A DNA stretch of 64,000 nt from Bacteroidota bacterium (GCA_020048645.1 JAIFMG010000047.1:3552-67551), one strand, 5' to 3'. Counted from the stretch's first letter, positions 1-9,903 are shown. The notes: a model not told the origin generated them from the letters alone. Program-made: numbers and translations.

Positions 1-389
1 GCGCGGGGCGCCCGCAGGTGGAGGCCCTTCGGGCGAACCTGTCGGCCCCCGGCAGCCCGACGATAGCGCTCCCGGTGGCCAGCGGCTTCGAGTTCGTGCA
101 GAGCGAGCGCATCCTGTCCATCAAGGCCGAGGGCTCTTACGCGCAGGTGCTGCTGCAAGGCGGCGCGAAGGTGCTGGTGAGCCGCAACCTGAAGAGCTTC
201 GAGCTGCTGCTGGCGGACCTGCCCTCTTTCGTCCGGGTACACAAGTCGTACATCGTCAACCTGGCGCACGTGCAGAGCTACCAGCGCTCCGACGGGGGCA
301 CGCTTCTGCTGACGGACGGCTCGTGGGTGCCGGTGGCGGCAGACCGGGTCCCCTCGCTGCTGGAGATGGTCCGGACGCTCAAGCGCTGA
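1..389 (+). CDS. LytTR DNA-binding domain protein, 5'-truncated by the window edge (probable C-terminal half of a LytR/AlgR-type response regulator)
   Basis: The frame is open back to nt 3, and the listed ORF start at 18 is an internal GTG. The translation contains FVRVHKSYIVNLAHV and ILSIKAEGSYAQVLL, which fit the LytTR pattern (RvHRSyiVN). Confidence 0.75.
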   Translation, partial: AGRPQVEALRANLSAPGSPTIALPVASGFEFVQSERILSIKAEGSYAQVLLQGGAKVLVSRNLKSFELLLADLPSFVRVHKSYIVNLAHVQSYQRSDGGTLLLTDGSWVPVAADRVPSLLEMVRTLKR

Positions 390-407
390 GGCGGGGCTTG
401 CGCCGAA

Positions 408-430
408 AGCCCGGTTGGGGCGGGCTTTTA
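408..430 (+). terminator. Weak hairpin plus T-run after the LytTR gene
   Basis: AGCCCG (408-413) pairs with CGGGCT (421-426) across a 7-nt loop and is followed by TTTT. The stem is only 6 bp. Confidence 0.3.
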
Positions 431-466
431 GCAAAAAAGGGTATTTTCGCGAGAAAACGAAGCGAC

Positions 467-1726
467 ATGCTGTACGATTTGGGCATAGGGCTCTATGGCG
501 CGGGCCTGCGGCTGGCCTCGCGGTTCGACGAGAAGGCCGCGGCCTGGGTGGAAGGGCGCCGGGGCTGGCGCGCGCGGCTGCTGGGGCAGTCTCCCCCCGC
601 GGGGCCACGGGTCTGGTTCCACTGCGCCTCGCTGGGCGAGTTCGAGCAGGGGCGGCCGCTGCTGGAGGCCATCCGCGCCCGCCATCCGGGGGTCCGCATC
701 CTGCTGACCTTCTACTCGCCTTCGGGCTACCGGGTGCGCAAGGACTACGCGCAGGCCGACTGGGTGGGCTACCTTCCGCTGGACACGGCGGCCAACGCGC
801 GCTATTTCCTGCGGTGGGCCAGCCCCTCGCTGGCGGTGTTCGTCAAGTACGAGCTTTGGCCCAACCACCTGGCGGAGCTGGCCCGGCAGGGCGTGCCGAC
901 GGTGCTGGTGGCGGGGCTTTTCCGCGAGGGGCACTGGGTTTTCAGGCCCTGGGGCCGGCGGGGGCTTGAGCTGCTGCGCGGCCTGGACCGGGTGTTCGTG
1001 CAGGACCGGGCCTCGCTGGCGCGGCTAAAGTCGGCCTACGTGGACCGCTGCTCCTACGCCCCCGACACGCGGTTCGACCGGGTGTGGCAGGTGGCGGGCT
1101 CGGCCCAGGCGCCGTCGTCGTCGTCCGGGAAGCTGTCGGCCTTCGACACGGGCCAGCCGATCGTGGTGGCGGGCAGCACGTGGCCGGAGGACGAGGCGAT
1201 GCTGGCCCGGCATTTCCACCGGCACGGGCAAGGGCGGAAGCTGGTCGTTGCCCCGCACGAGCTGGGCGAGGGCCGCCTGGAGGCGCTGATGGAGCTTTTC
1301 GCGGGCCAGGGCGTGGCGCGCTACACCCGGGCGGGGCACGAGGAGCTGGCCGAGGCGCGGGTGCTGCTTCTGGACACGATGGGGCAGTTGGCCTGGGCCT
1401 ACGGCTACGCGCGGGTGGCCTACGTGGGCGGAGGCTTCGGCAAGGCGGTCCACAACGTGCTGGAGCCGGCGGCGCATGGGGTTCCGGTGCTGTTCGGGCC
1501 TCGGCACGAGAAGTTCGCCGAGGCCAAGGGGCTGCTGCTGGCTGAGGGCGGGCAGACCGCCGACAGCCCCGAGGAGCTGTCCGCGAAGCTGGAGCGGCTG
1601 CTCGCGGAGCCGGGCCTGCGGCAGACCCTTGCCGAGAACGCCCGCCGCTTCGTCGAAAAGAACACGGGCGGAACCCAGGCCATCCTGGAGCACCTGGAGG
1701 CCCATCTCGGGGCCTTCGACAACTAA
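467..1726 (+). CDS. waaA: 3-deoxy-D-manno-octulosonic acid (Kdo) transferase
   Basis: The ATG at 467 lies inside ORF 323..1726 and gives 419 aa. WFHCASLGEFEQGRPLLEAIR and GGSF-like VGGGFGKAVHNVLEPAAHGVPVLFGP match the WaaA/KdtA glycosyltransferase N- and C-terminal motifs. Confidence 0.85.
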   Translation: MLYDLGIGLYGAGLRLASRFDEKAAAWVEGRRGWRARLLGQSPPAGPRVWFHCASLGEFEQGRPLLEAIRARHPGVRILLTFYSPSGYRVRKDYAQADWVGYLPLDTAANARYFLRWASPSLAVFVKYELWPNHLAELARQGVPTVLVAGLFREGHWVFRPWGRRGLELLRGLDRVFVQDRASLARLKSAYVDRCSYAPDTRFDRVWQVAGSAQAPSSSSGKLSAFDTGQPIVVAGSTWPEDEAMLARHFHRHGQGRKLVVAPHELGEGRLEALMELFAGQGVARYTRAGHEELAEARVLLLDTMGQLAWAYGYARVAYVGGGFGKAVHNVLEPAAHGVPVLFGPRHEKFAEAKGLLLAEGGQTADSPEELSAKLERLLAEPGLRQTLAENARRFVEKNTGGTQAILEHLEAHLGAFDN

Positions 1727-1886
1727 ATGCCTGGACAGGTGGAAAAAGGCAGGTTATTTGCAGTCGCTTTTTCCCAGGGCGGGCACCGCGGCGGGCACGC
1801 CTGGCGGCGATCCGTCGCGACGGCCCAAGGCAGGGCTTTTTGCCAGAAAAACTTTCGGTCAAGACCACAATAAACGACAGCGTTCT

Positions 1887-4800
1887 ATGGAAAATCGAAA
1901 TTCGACCCCCAAAGGCTTGCCCTTTTCCGCCAAGGCGATGCTTGTGCTGCTGGCCCTGCTGGGCCAGGTGGGCCTGCTCATGGCCCAGACCGTGGACGTG
2001 GGCATACGGACCACCTCCAACACCAACCTGGAAGTTTACCTGGTCCCCCAGACGGACATGGGCCCGGCCGAGCTGGCGGAGCTGCGCTTCACCTTCCGCT
2101 GGCCCATCAACGTCATCCCGACGCCCACGGTAACCCAGGCCAACTACGGCCTGTCGCAGTATGGCATGGCGGTTTCGGGAGGATACACCTACCGGACTTT
2201 CCGGGGGACTTCCGGGGAGAGCGTGCAGTGGCTGGCCGGCCAGGAGTACGTGGCCCTGGCCTTCTCCTTCAACTACGGCGGCGGGTGCGGCGGGACCTTC
2301 GAGCTGGCCAACGACGCCTGGACCGCCTCCAACGGACTGGGGTTCCTGGTCACGCTGGGTGGGGCCGACGCCACAGGCCAGATCCTGCCGGCGGCCTCCT
2401 CGGCCGGGGACCTCTCGCCCATCGTGGTCAACTCGGTCTCTGTGACGGACGTTACCTGCTTCGGCGGCGACAACGGCATCATCTCCGTCTCGGCCAACGC
2501 CTACGCCCCGCCGCTGGGCTACTCGCTCGACGGGATAACCTACGACGGGTTCGCCACCAAGACCAACCTGGAGGCGGGCGGCTACACCCTCTACCTGCGC
2601 GACAACAACGGCTGCCAGAAGAACCTGCCGGTAACGGTGGATGAGCCCGGGGAGCTGCTCCTGGCCGTTGACAAGGTGGACGTGACGGTCTGCTCCGACA
2701 ACGCCAACGGCAGCATCAGCCTGGCCGGCTCGGGCGGCAACAGCTCTTCCTACGAGTACTCCATCGGCTCGGGCTTCCAAGGCTCGGGCGAGTTCGAGGA
2801 CCTGCTGGCGGGCAGCTACACGGCCACCGTCCGCGACGCCAACAACTGCCAGACGAGCCAGACCGTGGTGCTGGGCGCGCCCATGCCCATCCAGGTCTTC
2901 GAGACCCACCAGGACGTCTTCCCCTGCAACGGCGACGACAACGGCTCCATCTCGGCCACGGCCACGGGCGGCACGGGCGCGCTGCGCTACAGCCTCGACG
3001 CGGGCCTCAACACCCAGGCCAGCGGCGCCTTCAACGGGCTTTCGGGGGGCAGCTACACGCTGGTGGTGCTCGACCAGAACAACTGCCTGAAAGAGAAGGC
3101 CGTCAGCATCTTCGAGCCCACGGCCGTCACCATCGCGTCGCAGACCTTCAACCACGTCTCCACCTGCTTTGGCGACAACAGCGGCTCCATCATCATCGCC
3201 GCCACGGGCGGTACCAGCCCCCTGAGCTACTCCATCGACGGGACCAGCTTCTCGGGCTCGGGCATCTTCAACAACCTGACGGCGGACGACTACACCATCA
3301 CCATCAAGGACGCCAACAACTGCTTCCTGACCAGCGACTTCACGATCACCCAGCCGGCCGAGATCGTCTTCACCTCGCAAAGCTCGACCAACCTGCAATG
3401 CTTCGGCGCCTCGAACGGCACCATCACCGTAACGGCCTCCGGCGGCACCGGGGCGCTCAACTACTCGGTCGATGGGAGCAACTACCGCGTGGATGGCAAC
3501 TTCACGGGCCTGAACGCGGGCACCTACGAGGTACACGTCCGCGACGCGCGGGCCTGCGTGGTCACGCAGGAGTTCGTGCTGACCCAGCCCGCCGACATCG
3601 TCATCGGCTTCGAGGGCTCGACCAACGTAACGCAGTGCGCGGGCAACGACAACGGCACCATCACGCTGGTGGCCAGCGGCGGGACGGGCACCCTGGCCTA
3701 CTCGCTCAACGAGGGCACTCCTCGGTCGGACGGCAACTTCACGGGTCTGGCCGGGGGCAGCTACGAGGCCCGGGTAACGGACCAGAACGAATGCTTCAAG
3801 AGCCGCTTTTTCACCCTGACGGAGCCCCCGGCCATCGTGGTGAGCTACCAGCAGTCGTCGAACGTCTCGTGCTTCGGTGGGCAGGACGGGGCCATAACCG
3901 TCTTCGCCACGGGCGGCACGGGCATGCTGAGCTACGGCCTGGACGGCGGATCGCCGCAATCGACGGGCGTTTTCGCGAACGTGGCCGCGGGCACCCGCGT
4001 GGTCTCGGTAACGGACCAGAACACCTGCGTGCTGGAGGTGCCCATCGCGATCAGCGAGCCTCCGATCCTGGACGTCAGCCTGACGGCCCAGACGGACGTG
4101 CTCTGCAACGGAGCCACGACGGGCTCCCTCACGGTGCAAGGCACCGGAGGCACGGGCGTGCGGCTGTTCTCGCTGCAAGGCGTCCCGGGCGAGCAGGTCG
4201 AGGGCAGCTTCCCCAGCCTGGGCGCGGGCAGCTACCGCGTCTATGTCCGCGACATCAACCAGTGCCGCGACTCGCTGGAGGTGAGCATCTCGGAGCCCAG
4301 CGCCATCGAGGTGCTGGACGTCATCCTGAACAGCAGCACCGACTGCAACAACAACGACGGCTCGGTAACGGTGATCGGCAGCGGCGGCACCCCGCCGCTC
4401 CAGTACGCCTTCAACGGCGGCGCCTACCAGAGCAACGGCTCTTTCAGCAACCTGTATCCGGGCGCCTATTTCGTCGATATCCGCGACGCGCACTTCTGCA
4501 CGTTGCGGGTGGACGTGGCGCTGGAGCAGGACGCGCCCATCGTGGTCGATGACTTCACCTACACGACCATCGACTGCCACGGCAACAACAACGGCACGAT
4601 CAACATCGCGGCCAGCGGGGGCCAGCAGCCCATCCAGTACTCCATCAACGGGGTGGACTTCTACTCCACGGGCCAGTGGACCAACCTGCCGCCCGACAAC
4701 TACATCGTCATCGCCCGCGACGCGAACAACTGCCAGAAGCAGCAGTTCGCCTACATCAACGAGCCGCTGCCGATAACCATCGGCGTGCAGAACATCACGA

Positions 4801-5957
4801 ACGTGAGCGTGTGCGCGGGCAACGCCAACGGCTCTTTCACGGCCTCGGCCGCGGGCGGGGTCGCGCCGCTGCGCTTCACCATCGACGGGACGAGCTACCA
4901 GGGCAGCGGCCTGTTCACGGGGCTGGGGGCGGCCAGCTACACCCTGACGGTGAAGGACGCCAACGAGTGCCTGGCCAGCCAGACGGTCAGCGTCATGGAG
5001 CCCATGCCCATCACCATCCAGGCCGACCACTTCGACATCACCTGCTTCGGGATGCAGGATGGCAAGACGGACATCGTGGTGCAGGGCGGGGCGCCTCCCT
5101 ACGCCTTCCTGTGGGACAACGGCCAGCAGACCCAGGACCTGTTCAACCTCGGCCCCGGCACCTACAACCTTGAGGTGAGGGACCAGAACTCCTGCGTGAA
5201 GGAGGCCAGCGTGACGATCGACGAGCCGATCCAGTTGGACGCCGAGATCGTCAAGCGCGACATCAGTTGCTACGGCGCGGTGGATGGCCAGGCCAACCTG
5301 ATGGTGCAGGGCGGCACGCAGCCCTACCGCTTCCGCTGGTCGAACGGCTCGGGGGCCGAGGACCTGGTGAACATGCAGAAGGGCGCCTACAACGTCCGGG
5401 TGGTGGACGAGTCCAACTGCGAGACTTTCGCGCAGGTCATCATCACGGAGCCGGAGGCCCTGGCGCTCTCGCACCGGGTGGAAGACGTCGCGTTCTACGG
5501 CCAGTCGGATGGCAGCATCGACCTGACGGTCCGCGGGGGCACCCTGCCTTACCTGTTCCAGTGGTCCGACGGCTCTGCCGATGAGGACCTGTTCGACATC
5601 GAGGCCGGGGACTACTCGGTCATCGTGACGGACGCGAACTTCTGCTACCTGACCGGGGTTTACAAGGTGGACACCGAGAACACCAACATCGCGGACATCC
5701 CGAACGCCTTCTCGCCCAACGGGGACGGCATCAACGACATCTGGACGATCCGCAACATCCAGAAGTACCCGAACGCCGTGTTCAAGGTCTTCGACCACAC
5801 CGGGGTGCTCGTCTATGAGGAGGAGGGCCGCATCCAAGGCTGGAACGGGCAGGACATGCTGGGCCGCGACATGCCCAGCCATGCCATCTACTACTACACC
5901 ATCTACCGCAACGAGCGCGAGGCGCCGCTTACCGGCAGCATCACCCTGCTGCGCTGA
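1887..5957 (+). CDS. Large cell-surface adhesin with SprB-type repeats and a T9SS type-B (gliding-motility/CHU_C) C-terminal sorting domain
   Basis: The ATG at 1887 is followed by a signal peptide (MLVLLALLGQVGLLMAQ). There are 14 tandem modules of the form C-x-G-x-x-[ND]-G. The last three carry the canonical SprB core (VQGGAPPYAFLW, VQGGTQPYRFRW, VRGGTLPYLFQW). The C-terminus reads IPNAFSPNGDGINDIWTI...ITLLR. Confidence 0.9.
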   Translation: MENRNSTPKGLPFSAKAMLVLLALLGQVGLLMAQTVDVGIRTTSNTNLEVYLVPQTDMGPAELAELRFTFRWPINVIPTPTVTQANYGLSQYGMAVSGGYTYRTFRGTSGESVQWLAGQEYVALAFSFNYGGGCGGTFELANDAWTASNGLGFLVTLGGADATGQILPAASSAGDLSPIVVNSVSVTDVTCFGGDNGIISVSANAYAPPLGYSLDGITYDGFATKTNLEAGGYTLYLRDNNGCQKNLPVTVDEPGELLLAVDKVDVTVCSDNANGSISLAGSGGNSSSYEYSIGSGFQGSGEFEDLLAGSYTATVRDANNCQTSQTVVLGAPMPIQVFETHQDVFPCNGDDNGSISATATGGTGALRYSLDAGLNTQASGAFNGLSGGSYTLVVLDQNNCLKEKAVSIFEPTAVTIASQTFNHVSTCFGDNSGSIIIAATGGTSPLSYSIDGTSFSGSGIFNNLTADDYTITIKDANNCFLTSDFTITQPAEIVFTSQSSTNLQCFGASNGTITVTASGGTGALNYSVDGSNYRVDGNFTGLNAGTYEVHVRDARACVVTQEFVLTQPADIVIGFEGSTNVTQCAGNDNGTITLVASGGTGTLAYSLNEGTPRSDGNFTGLAGGSYEARVTDQNECFKSRFFTLTEPPAIVVSYQQSSNVSCFGGQDGAITVFATGGTGMLSYGLDGGSPQSTGVFANVAAGTRVVSVTDQNTCVLEVPIAISEPPILDVSLTAQTDVLCNGATTGSLTVQGTGGTGVRLFSLQGVPGEQVEGSFPSLGAGSYRVYVRDINQCRDSLEVSISEPSAIEVLDVILNSSTDCNNNDGSVTVIGSGGTPPLQYAFNGGAYQSNGSFSNLYPGAYFVDIRDAHFCTLRVDVALEQDAPIVVDDFTYTTIDCHGNNNGTINIAASGGQQPIQYSINGVDFYSTGQWTNLPPDNYIVIARDANNCQKQQFAYINEPLPITIGVQNITNVSVCAGNANGSFTASAAGGVAPLRFTIDGTSYQGSGLFTGLGAASYTLTVKDANECLASQTVSVMEPMPITIQADHFDITCFGMQDGKTDIVVQGGAPPYAFLWDNGQQTQDLFNLGPGTYNLEVRDQNSCVKEASVTIDEPIQLDAEIVKRDISCYGAVDGQANLMVQGGTQPYRFRWSNGSGAEDLVNMQKGAYNVRVVDESNCETFAQVIITEPEALALSHRVEDVAFYGQSDGSIDLTVRGGTLPYLFQWSDGSADEDLFDIEAGDYSVIVTDANFCYLTGVYKVDTENTNIADIPNAFSPNGDGINDIWTIRNIQKYPNAVFKVFDHTGVLVYEEEGRIQGWNGQDMLGRDMPSHAIYYYTIYRNEREAPLTGSITLLR
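2425..5669 (+). repeat. Coding tandem repeat array (14 modules of about 72-78 codons) inside the adhesin gene
   Basis: Recurring peptide frame: CFGxxNGxI..A.GGTG.L.YS.DG......G.F..L.AG.Y...V.D.N.C, for example VTDVTCFGGDNGIISV, NLQCFGASNGTITV, NVSCFGGQDGAITV. The DNA period is roughly 216-234 nt. Confidence 0.85.
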
Positions 5958-6003
5958 GCCTCACGCGACTGAAAAGCGGGCAAATCCGTAAACACCGACA
6001 AAC

Positions 6004-6969
6004 ATGAGCAAGAAGTTCCTGACCCTGGCCGCCTTGGTGTTCGCATTCGCGGGCGCGCGGGCGCAAGAAGCCCCGTTGCTGAACCAGTACCACCTCAACG
6101 GCCTCTACCTGAACCCGGCGGTCGCCGGCTCGGCTGACTACGTGCCCTTCCGCTTCTCGCTTCGGCAGCAGTGGCGGGGCTTCACCGACGCGCCGGCCAC
6201 CTACGCGGTGAGCGGGCACTACCGCCTTTCGAAGGCCACCCTCCGCCGCAACATCTACAACATGTCCGGCCACGGCATCGGCGCCACGCTGTTTTCCGAC
6301 AACAAGGGCGCCATGCGCAACGCTGGCGCGCAGGCGGCCTACGCCTTCCACACCCCGCTGTTCGAGAACGTGCAACTGGGCATCGGCGCCTCGGCGACCT
6401 TCTCGCAGTTCAACATCGACCAGGCGTCGCTCTTCTTCGCCACCGGCGGCGACCCCGTCCTGGGCGGGGAAAACTTCCGGCGCACGATTTTCGACGCCGA
6501 TTTCGGGGTCTATCTGTACTCGACACACGCCGAGCGCGACAACGACTTCTACCTGGGCCTCTCGGGCAACCAGCTCATGCGGCCCAGCGTAACCTTCGAC
6601 GAGACCAGCTACGGCGACGACCGCATGGCCCGCGTGGTGGCCATCAACGCCGGATACGAGCTTTTCGACAGGGCCTACTTCAAGATCGAGCCGGGCTTCC
6701 TCTATGGCGCGCGCCTGGCCACCGACGGGCTGGAGAACGTCATCCACCTCAACCTCCGGGCCTCGCTGATGCACACGCTGCGCACCTTCGAGCAGGAGGA
6801 GATCCAACTGCTGTTCTCGTACCGGGTCGATGAGGGACTGGTCTCCGGGGTCAACTTCCTGCTCGAGAGCATCTACGTGGGCTACTGCTACGAGTATTCG
6901 TTCAGCGACATCATGACCTACAACAACGGCTCGCACCAAGTGGTGCTGGGCTACAACTGGAAACCCTGA
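6004..6969 (+). CDS. PorP/SprF family type IX secretion system membrane protein
   Basis: 321 aa with a signal peptide (LAALVFAFAGARAQ). It contains the N-terminal LNQYHLNGLYLNPAVAGS motif typical of PorP/SprF. It lies 46 nt downstream of a type-B CTD cargo, which is the usual pairing. Confidence 0.85.
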   Translation: MSKKFLTLAALVFAFAGARAQEAPLLNQYHLNGLYLNPAVAGSADYVPFRFSLRQQWRGFTDAPATYAVSGHYRLSKATLRRNIYNMSGHGIGATLFSDNKGAMRNAGAQAAYAFHTPLFENVQLGIGASATFSQFNIDQASLFFATGGDPVLGGENFRRTIFDADFGVYLYSTHAERDNDFYLGLSGNQLMRPSVTFDETSYGDDRMARVVAINAGYELFDRAYFKIEPGFLYGARLATDGLENVIHLNLRASLMHTLRTFEQEEIQLLFSYRVDEGLVSGVNFLLESIYVGYCYEYSFSDIMTYNNGSHQVVLGYNWKP

Positions 6970-7106
6970 GCCGCGTCCGCGGGCTTCCGGGCGCCACCTT
7001 CCCCGGGCAGGGCATCGGCCTCGGGGCTTCCTAGTTCGGGGGCCTTGGGGCCGATGGCCTTTCGCGGAGGGCCGTGGCATTGGCAGAAACTTCATCTTCA
7101 CGACCC

Positions 7107-7718
7107 ATGCGCGACAAAGCGTTTTCCTTGGGCATGGCCGGGCGCCTTCTGGCGGCCTGGATTCTGTTTTCTTCGTTGGGCGCCGGGGCCTCGGCGCAGG
7201 TTCCGGGCTTCCCGGAGCAGGCCGGGCAGGGCGCTTTTCTGCTGGAGCTCGGTGGGCGTCCTTTCGTATTCGGCTCGGCCAGCTACGAGCGGGCCTTGGG
7301 GCCGCGGCTCTCGGCGGGCCTCGGGCTGGGGCTGGCCTATGCCAGCTCGGGCGTGATCACCCGGGAGGCCGGGGGCGTCACGCAGGAGGGGCGCTACCTG
7401 GACCTGGGCAGCTCGCAGTTGCTGTACGCGAACTACCTCGCGGGCCAGGGCCGGCACCGGCTGCTGCTGACGGCCGGGCTGACGCACTACCTGGAGCTGG
7501 CCTTCCGGCGCTATGGCTCGGAGCGGACGCTGGGGACGGACAGCCAGCTCGAGTGGAACGCGGGCGTGGGCTACCAGTTGTCGGGCAGGCGCGTGTTCGG
7601 GCGCTTCACGGGCTACGTGCTGAGCCTCCCCGACCCGGTGGGCTGGCTGCCGAAGTTCATGCCCTGGGTGGGCCTGGGCGTGGGCTGGCGGCTGGGCCCG
7701 CCCGCGGGGCCGGAATAG
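7107..7718 (+). CDS. Hypothetical exported protein, possible small outer-membrane beta-barrel
   Basis: Signal-like MAGRLLAAWILFSSLGAGASAQ, alternating hydrophobic/polar stretches, aromatic-rich C-terminus (WVGLGVGWRL), and high third-position GC. The start is ambiguous (7074, 7107 or 7134). No family was recognised. Confidence 0.45.
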   Translation: MRDKAFSLGMAGRLLAAWILFSSLGAGASAQVPGFPEQAGQGAFLLELGGRPFVFGSASYERALGPRLSAGLGLGLAYASSGVITREAGGVTQEGRYLDLGSSQLLYANYLAGQGRHRLLLTAGLTHYLELAFRRYGSERTLGTDSQLEWNAGVGYQLSGRRVFGRFTGYVLSLPDPVGWLPKFMPWVGLGVGWRLGPPAGPE

Positions 7719-8121
7719 GATGCGCGCCAAAGGGCGACAATCCGCGCCATTGCAGCCCCGCGAAATCCCACTCGGGCGACCCAACGCACAGTCTATCTTC
7801 TTGACAACCAACCCTTCGCGGCCACCCAAGCACAACGCGCCCGCGAGTTCAAAAAAATCCGCACAGGCGCTTGCTTTTCGAAAGCATAGTCTGTATCTTC
7901 GGCTACCATCAATTTACCCCCCCCCGATGAACAAGCTACCTTTCAAAATCGCTGAAATCCAAGGCCAAAGCCGGCTGGTGAACATGCACAGTGGTGCTTT
8001 TGGGTAAGAATTGTAGATGGTGGAAGCAATGACGTTGTGCGCAACTTGAGATAACGGCAAAAAATCAACACATTAAGCAGAAAAGTCGTAAATTTGTAAA
8101 AACAAACGAACATATTTAGCA

Positions 8122-9903
8122 ATGGAAAATAAGAAAATATTAGAAACTGGAATATCAGACTTTCAAAATACAATAGAAAACAATTGCTATTTTGTTGATA
8201 AAACAGCATTGATTTACGAATTTTTTACGCATGGAGCATATATTTCACTAATGCCACGCCCAAAACGTTTTGGGAAAACGCTGAACCTTTCGATGATAGA
8301 ACATTTTTTTGATATTCAGAAACCCGAAAGCGCAAAATTATTTTCAGGATTTGATATATCAAAACAAAATCAGTTTTGCAAAGAACACCAGAACAAATAT
8401 CCGGTGATAAATATCACATTAAAAGATATTAAAGACGCAAACTGGAATGATTGCATAGACAATTTTAAATATACAATATCAAAATTGTACAAACAATATC
8501 GGTTTTTATTAACATCTGACAAATTACAAAATGATGACAAAGAAACATTTCAAAATATTATCTCAAAAACAGCTACTCTAACGGAGTTAAAATCATCATT
8601 GGTCGATTTGAGTGAATATCTGCAAAAACATTTCCAGCAAAAAGTAATCATACTTGTAGATGAATATGATACACCAATAATTAGTGCCTTCAAAAATACT
8701 CAAAAACCATTAAAAAGCCCCAAAGGAGAAACATCTTACTATGAAAATGTAATAAATTTTATGCAAACTTTTCTTGGAAGAGCCTTCAAAGGAAATGAAG
8801 CAAACCTAAGAAAAGGATTAATTACCGGAGTAATGCGCGTGGCAAGAGAAAGTATTTTTTCTGATTGGAATAATTTTACCGTTTATGGAATAACCTCTAA
8901 CTATTTTTCCGATAAATTCGGCTTCACCCAAACCGAGACAGATGAAATGCTCAACTACTTTCAATTGTCAACCCATAAAAAGGATATTGAAAAGTGGTAT
9001 GACGGATATAAATTCGGAGAAACAGAAAGTATATACAACCCTTGGTCAATTGTAAACTTTATTGCGAACCCCAAAGACGGATTTAAAGCATACTGGGTAA
9101 ATACGAGTGATGACAGTTTAATAAAAGAACGAATAGCAGAACCAAACATCAAAGAAAAAATCCAGGAACTAATCGCCGGAGGAACAATTTATAAAACTAT
9201 AAAGGAAAATTTTGTTTTTTCAGATTTTGAATACAATACAGAATTGTTATGGACCTTGCTTTTCCATAATGGTTTTTTAACTTATGTAAAAAAAACAGAC
9301 ATCAATCAATATGAATTAAAAATCCCCAATGATGAACTCAAATATGTATTTACTGATATAATTTTAGACTGGATTAAGCAGACTTACAATTTCAATCAAG
9401 ACCTATTGCTGATCACATCAAAACATCTGATAAACAATAAAATAAAAGAATTTGAAAAAGGGTTTAAACAAATAATCGGAGATACTTTAAGTTATTTTGA
9501 CATTGCACCGACAAAAGACAAACAAAAAAACATAGCAATACCAGAAGAACAGTTTTATCATGTTTACACACTTGGTCTATTAGCCGTTTTGAGCCATGAT
9601 TATATAATCAAGTCAAACAGAGAAAGTGGAAGTGGTAGATATGATATTACATTGATACCCCATGACAAAACAAAGAACGGAATAGTAATTGAAATAAAAA
9701 GCATTGAAAAGCAAAAAGAAACCGAAGACAGAGAAAAATTTATCCAACGAATAGACAAAGAAATAGAAAGTGCTTTGAATCAAATAGAGCGGAATAAATA
9801 TTATAAAGAATTGCTTGCCAATAAAATACCGCTGGAGCGAATAATCAAAGTTCCGATAGTATTTTCAGGTAAAGAACCCTATATCACCCAATCGGACGAA
9901 TAG
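8122..9903 (+). CDS. AAA-ATPase-like domain protein with a C-terminal PD-(D/E)XK nuclease-type domain (PF09820/PF08011-like architecture)
   Basis: 593 aa. The N-terminus YFVDKTALIYEF...RPKRFGKTLNLSMIEHFF is the classic predicted AAA-ATPase signature. The C-terminus ESGSGRYDITLIP...VIEIK fits the PDDEXK_9 core. The gene is strongly AT-rich (14 G+C in nt 8161-8220) in a GC-rich context. Confidence 0.8.
   Translation: MENKKILETGISDFQNTIENNCYFVDKTALIYEFFTHGAYISLMPRPKRFGKTLNLSMIEHFFDIQKPESAKLFSGFDISKQNQFCKEHQNKYPVINITLKDIKDANWNDCIDNFKYTISKLYKQYRFLLTSDKLQNDDKETFQNIISKTATLTELKSSLVDLSEYLQKHFQQKVIILVDEYDTPIISAFKNTQKPLKSPKGETSYYENVINFMQTFLGRAFKGNEANLRKGLITGVMRVARESIFSDWNNFTVYGITSNYFSDKFGFTQTETDEMLNYFQLSTHKKDIEKWYDGYKFGETESIYNPWSIVNFIANPKDGFKAYWVNTSDDSLIKERIAEPNIKEKIQELIAGGTIYKTIKENFVFSDFEYNTELLWTLLFHNGFLTYVKKTDINQYELKIPNDELKYVFTDIILDWIKQTYNFNQDLLLITSKHLINNKIKEFEKGFKQIIGDTLSYFDIAPTKDKQKNIAIPEEQFYHVYTLGLLAVLSHDYIIKSNRESGSGRYDITLIPHDKTKNGIVIEIKSIEKQKETEDREKFIQRIDKEIESALNQIERNKYYKELLANKIPLERIIKVPIVFSGKEPYITQSDE

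Noticed and set aside
323-466. N-terminal extensions offered by the ORF track (323 for waaA, 1476 for the adhesin, 13101 for the fusion gene, 18345 for tolC, 23279 for marR, 28433 for tsaB, and others)
   Set aside because: The extensions are Arg/Pro/Gly-rich, lack third-position bias, and overlap neighbouring genes or spacers. In each case an internal ATG reproduces the family-typical N-terminus or signal peptide.
2425-5669. Regular ~220-230-nt periodicity that could be mistaken for a repeat array or CRISPR
   Set aside because: The period is too long, there are no short identical repeats separated by unique spacers, and the periodicity is fully explained by in-frame protein modules of the adhesin.
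942-5882. 1646-aa ORF on the minus strand, the longest in the window
   Set aside because: It is antisense to waaA and the SprB-repeat adhesin. The translation is low-complexity Arg/Ala/Gly/Pro/Val-rich with no motifs. Stop-free antisense frames are expected opposite genes with very high third-position GC. The plus-strand genes carry unmistakable family signatures.
7758-7783. tRNA 3'-end-like fragment (CCGCGAAATCCCACTCGGGCGACCCA) near the left edge of the AT-rich islet, as a possible att remnant
   Set aside because: No complementary acceptor-stem strand or D/anticodon arms can be found on either strand. There is only a GGGCGAC direct repeat. The resemblance to a T-arm is partial, and no tRNA gene is present in the window.
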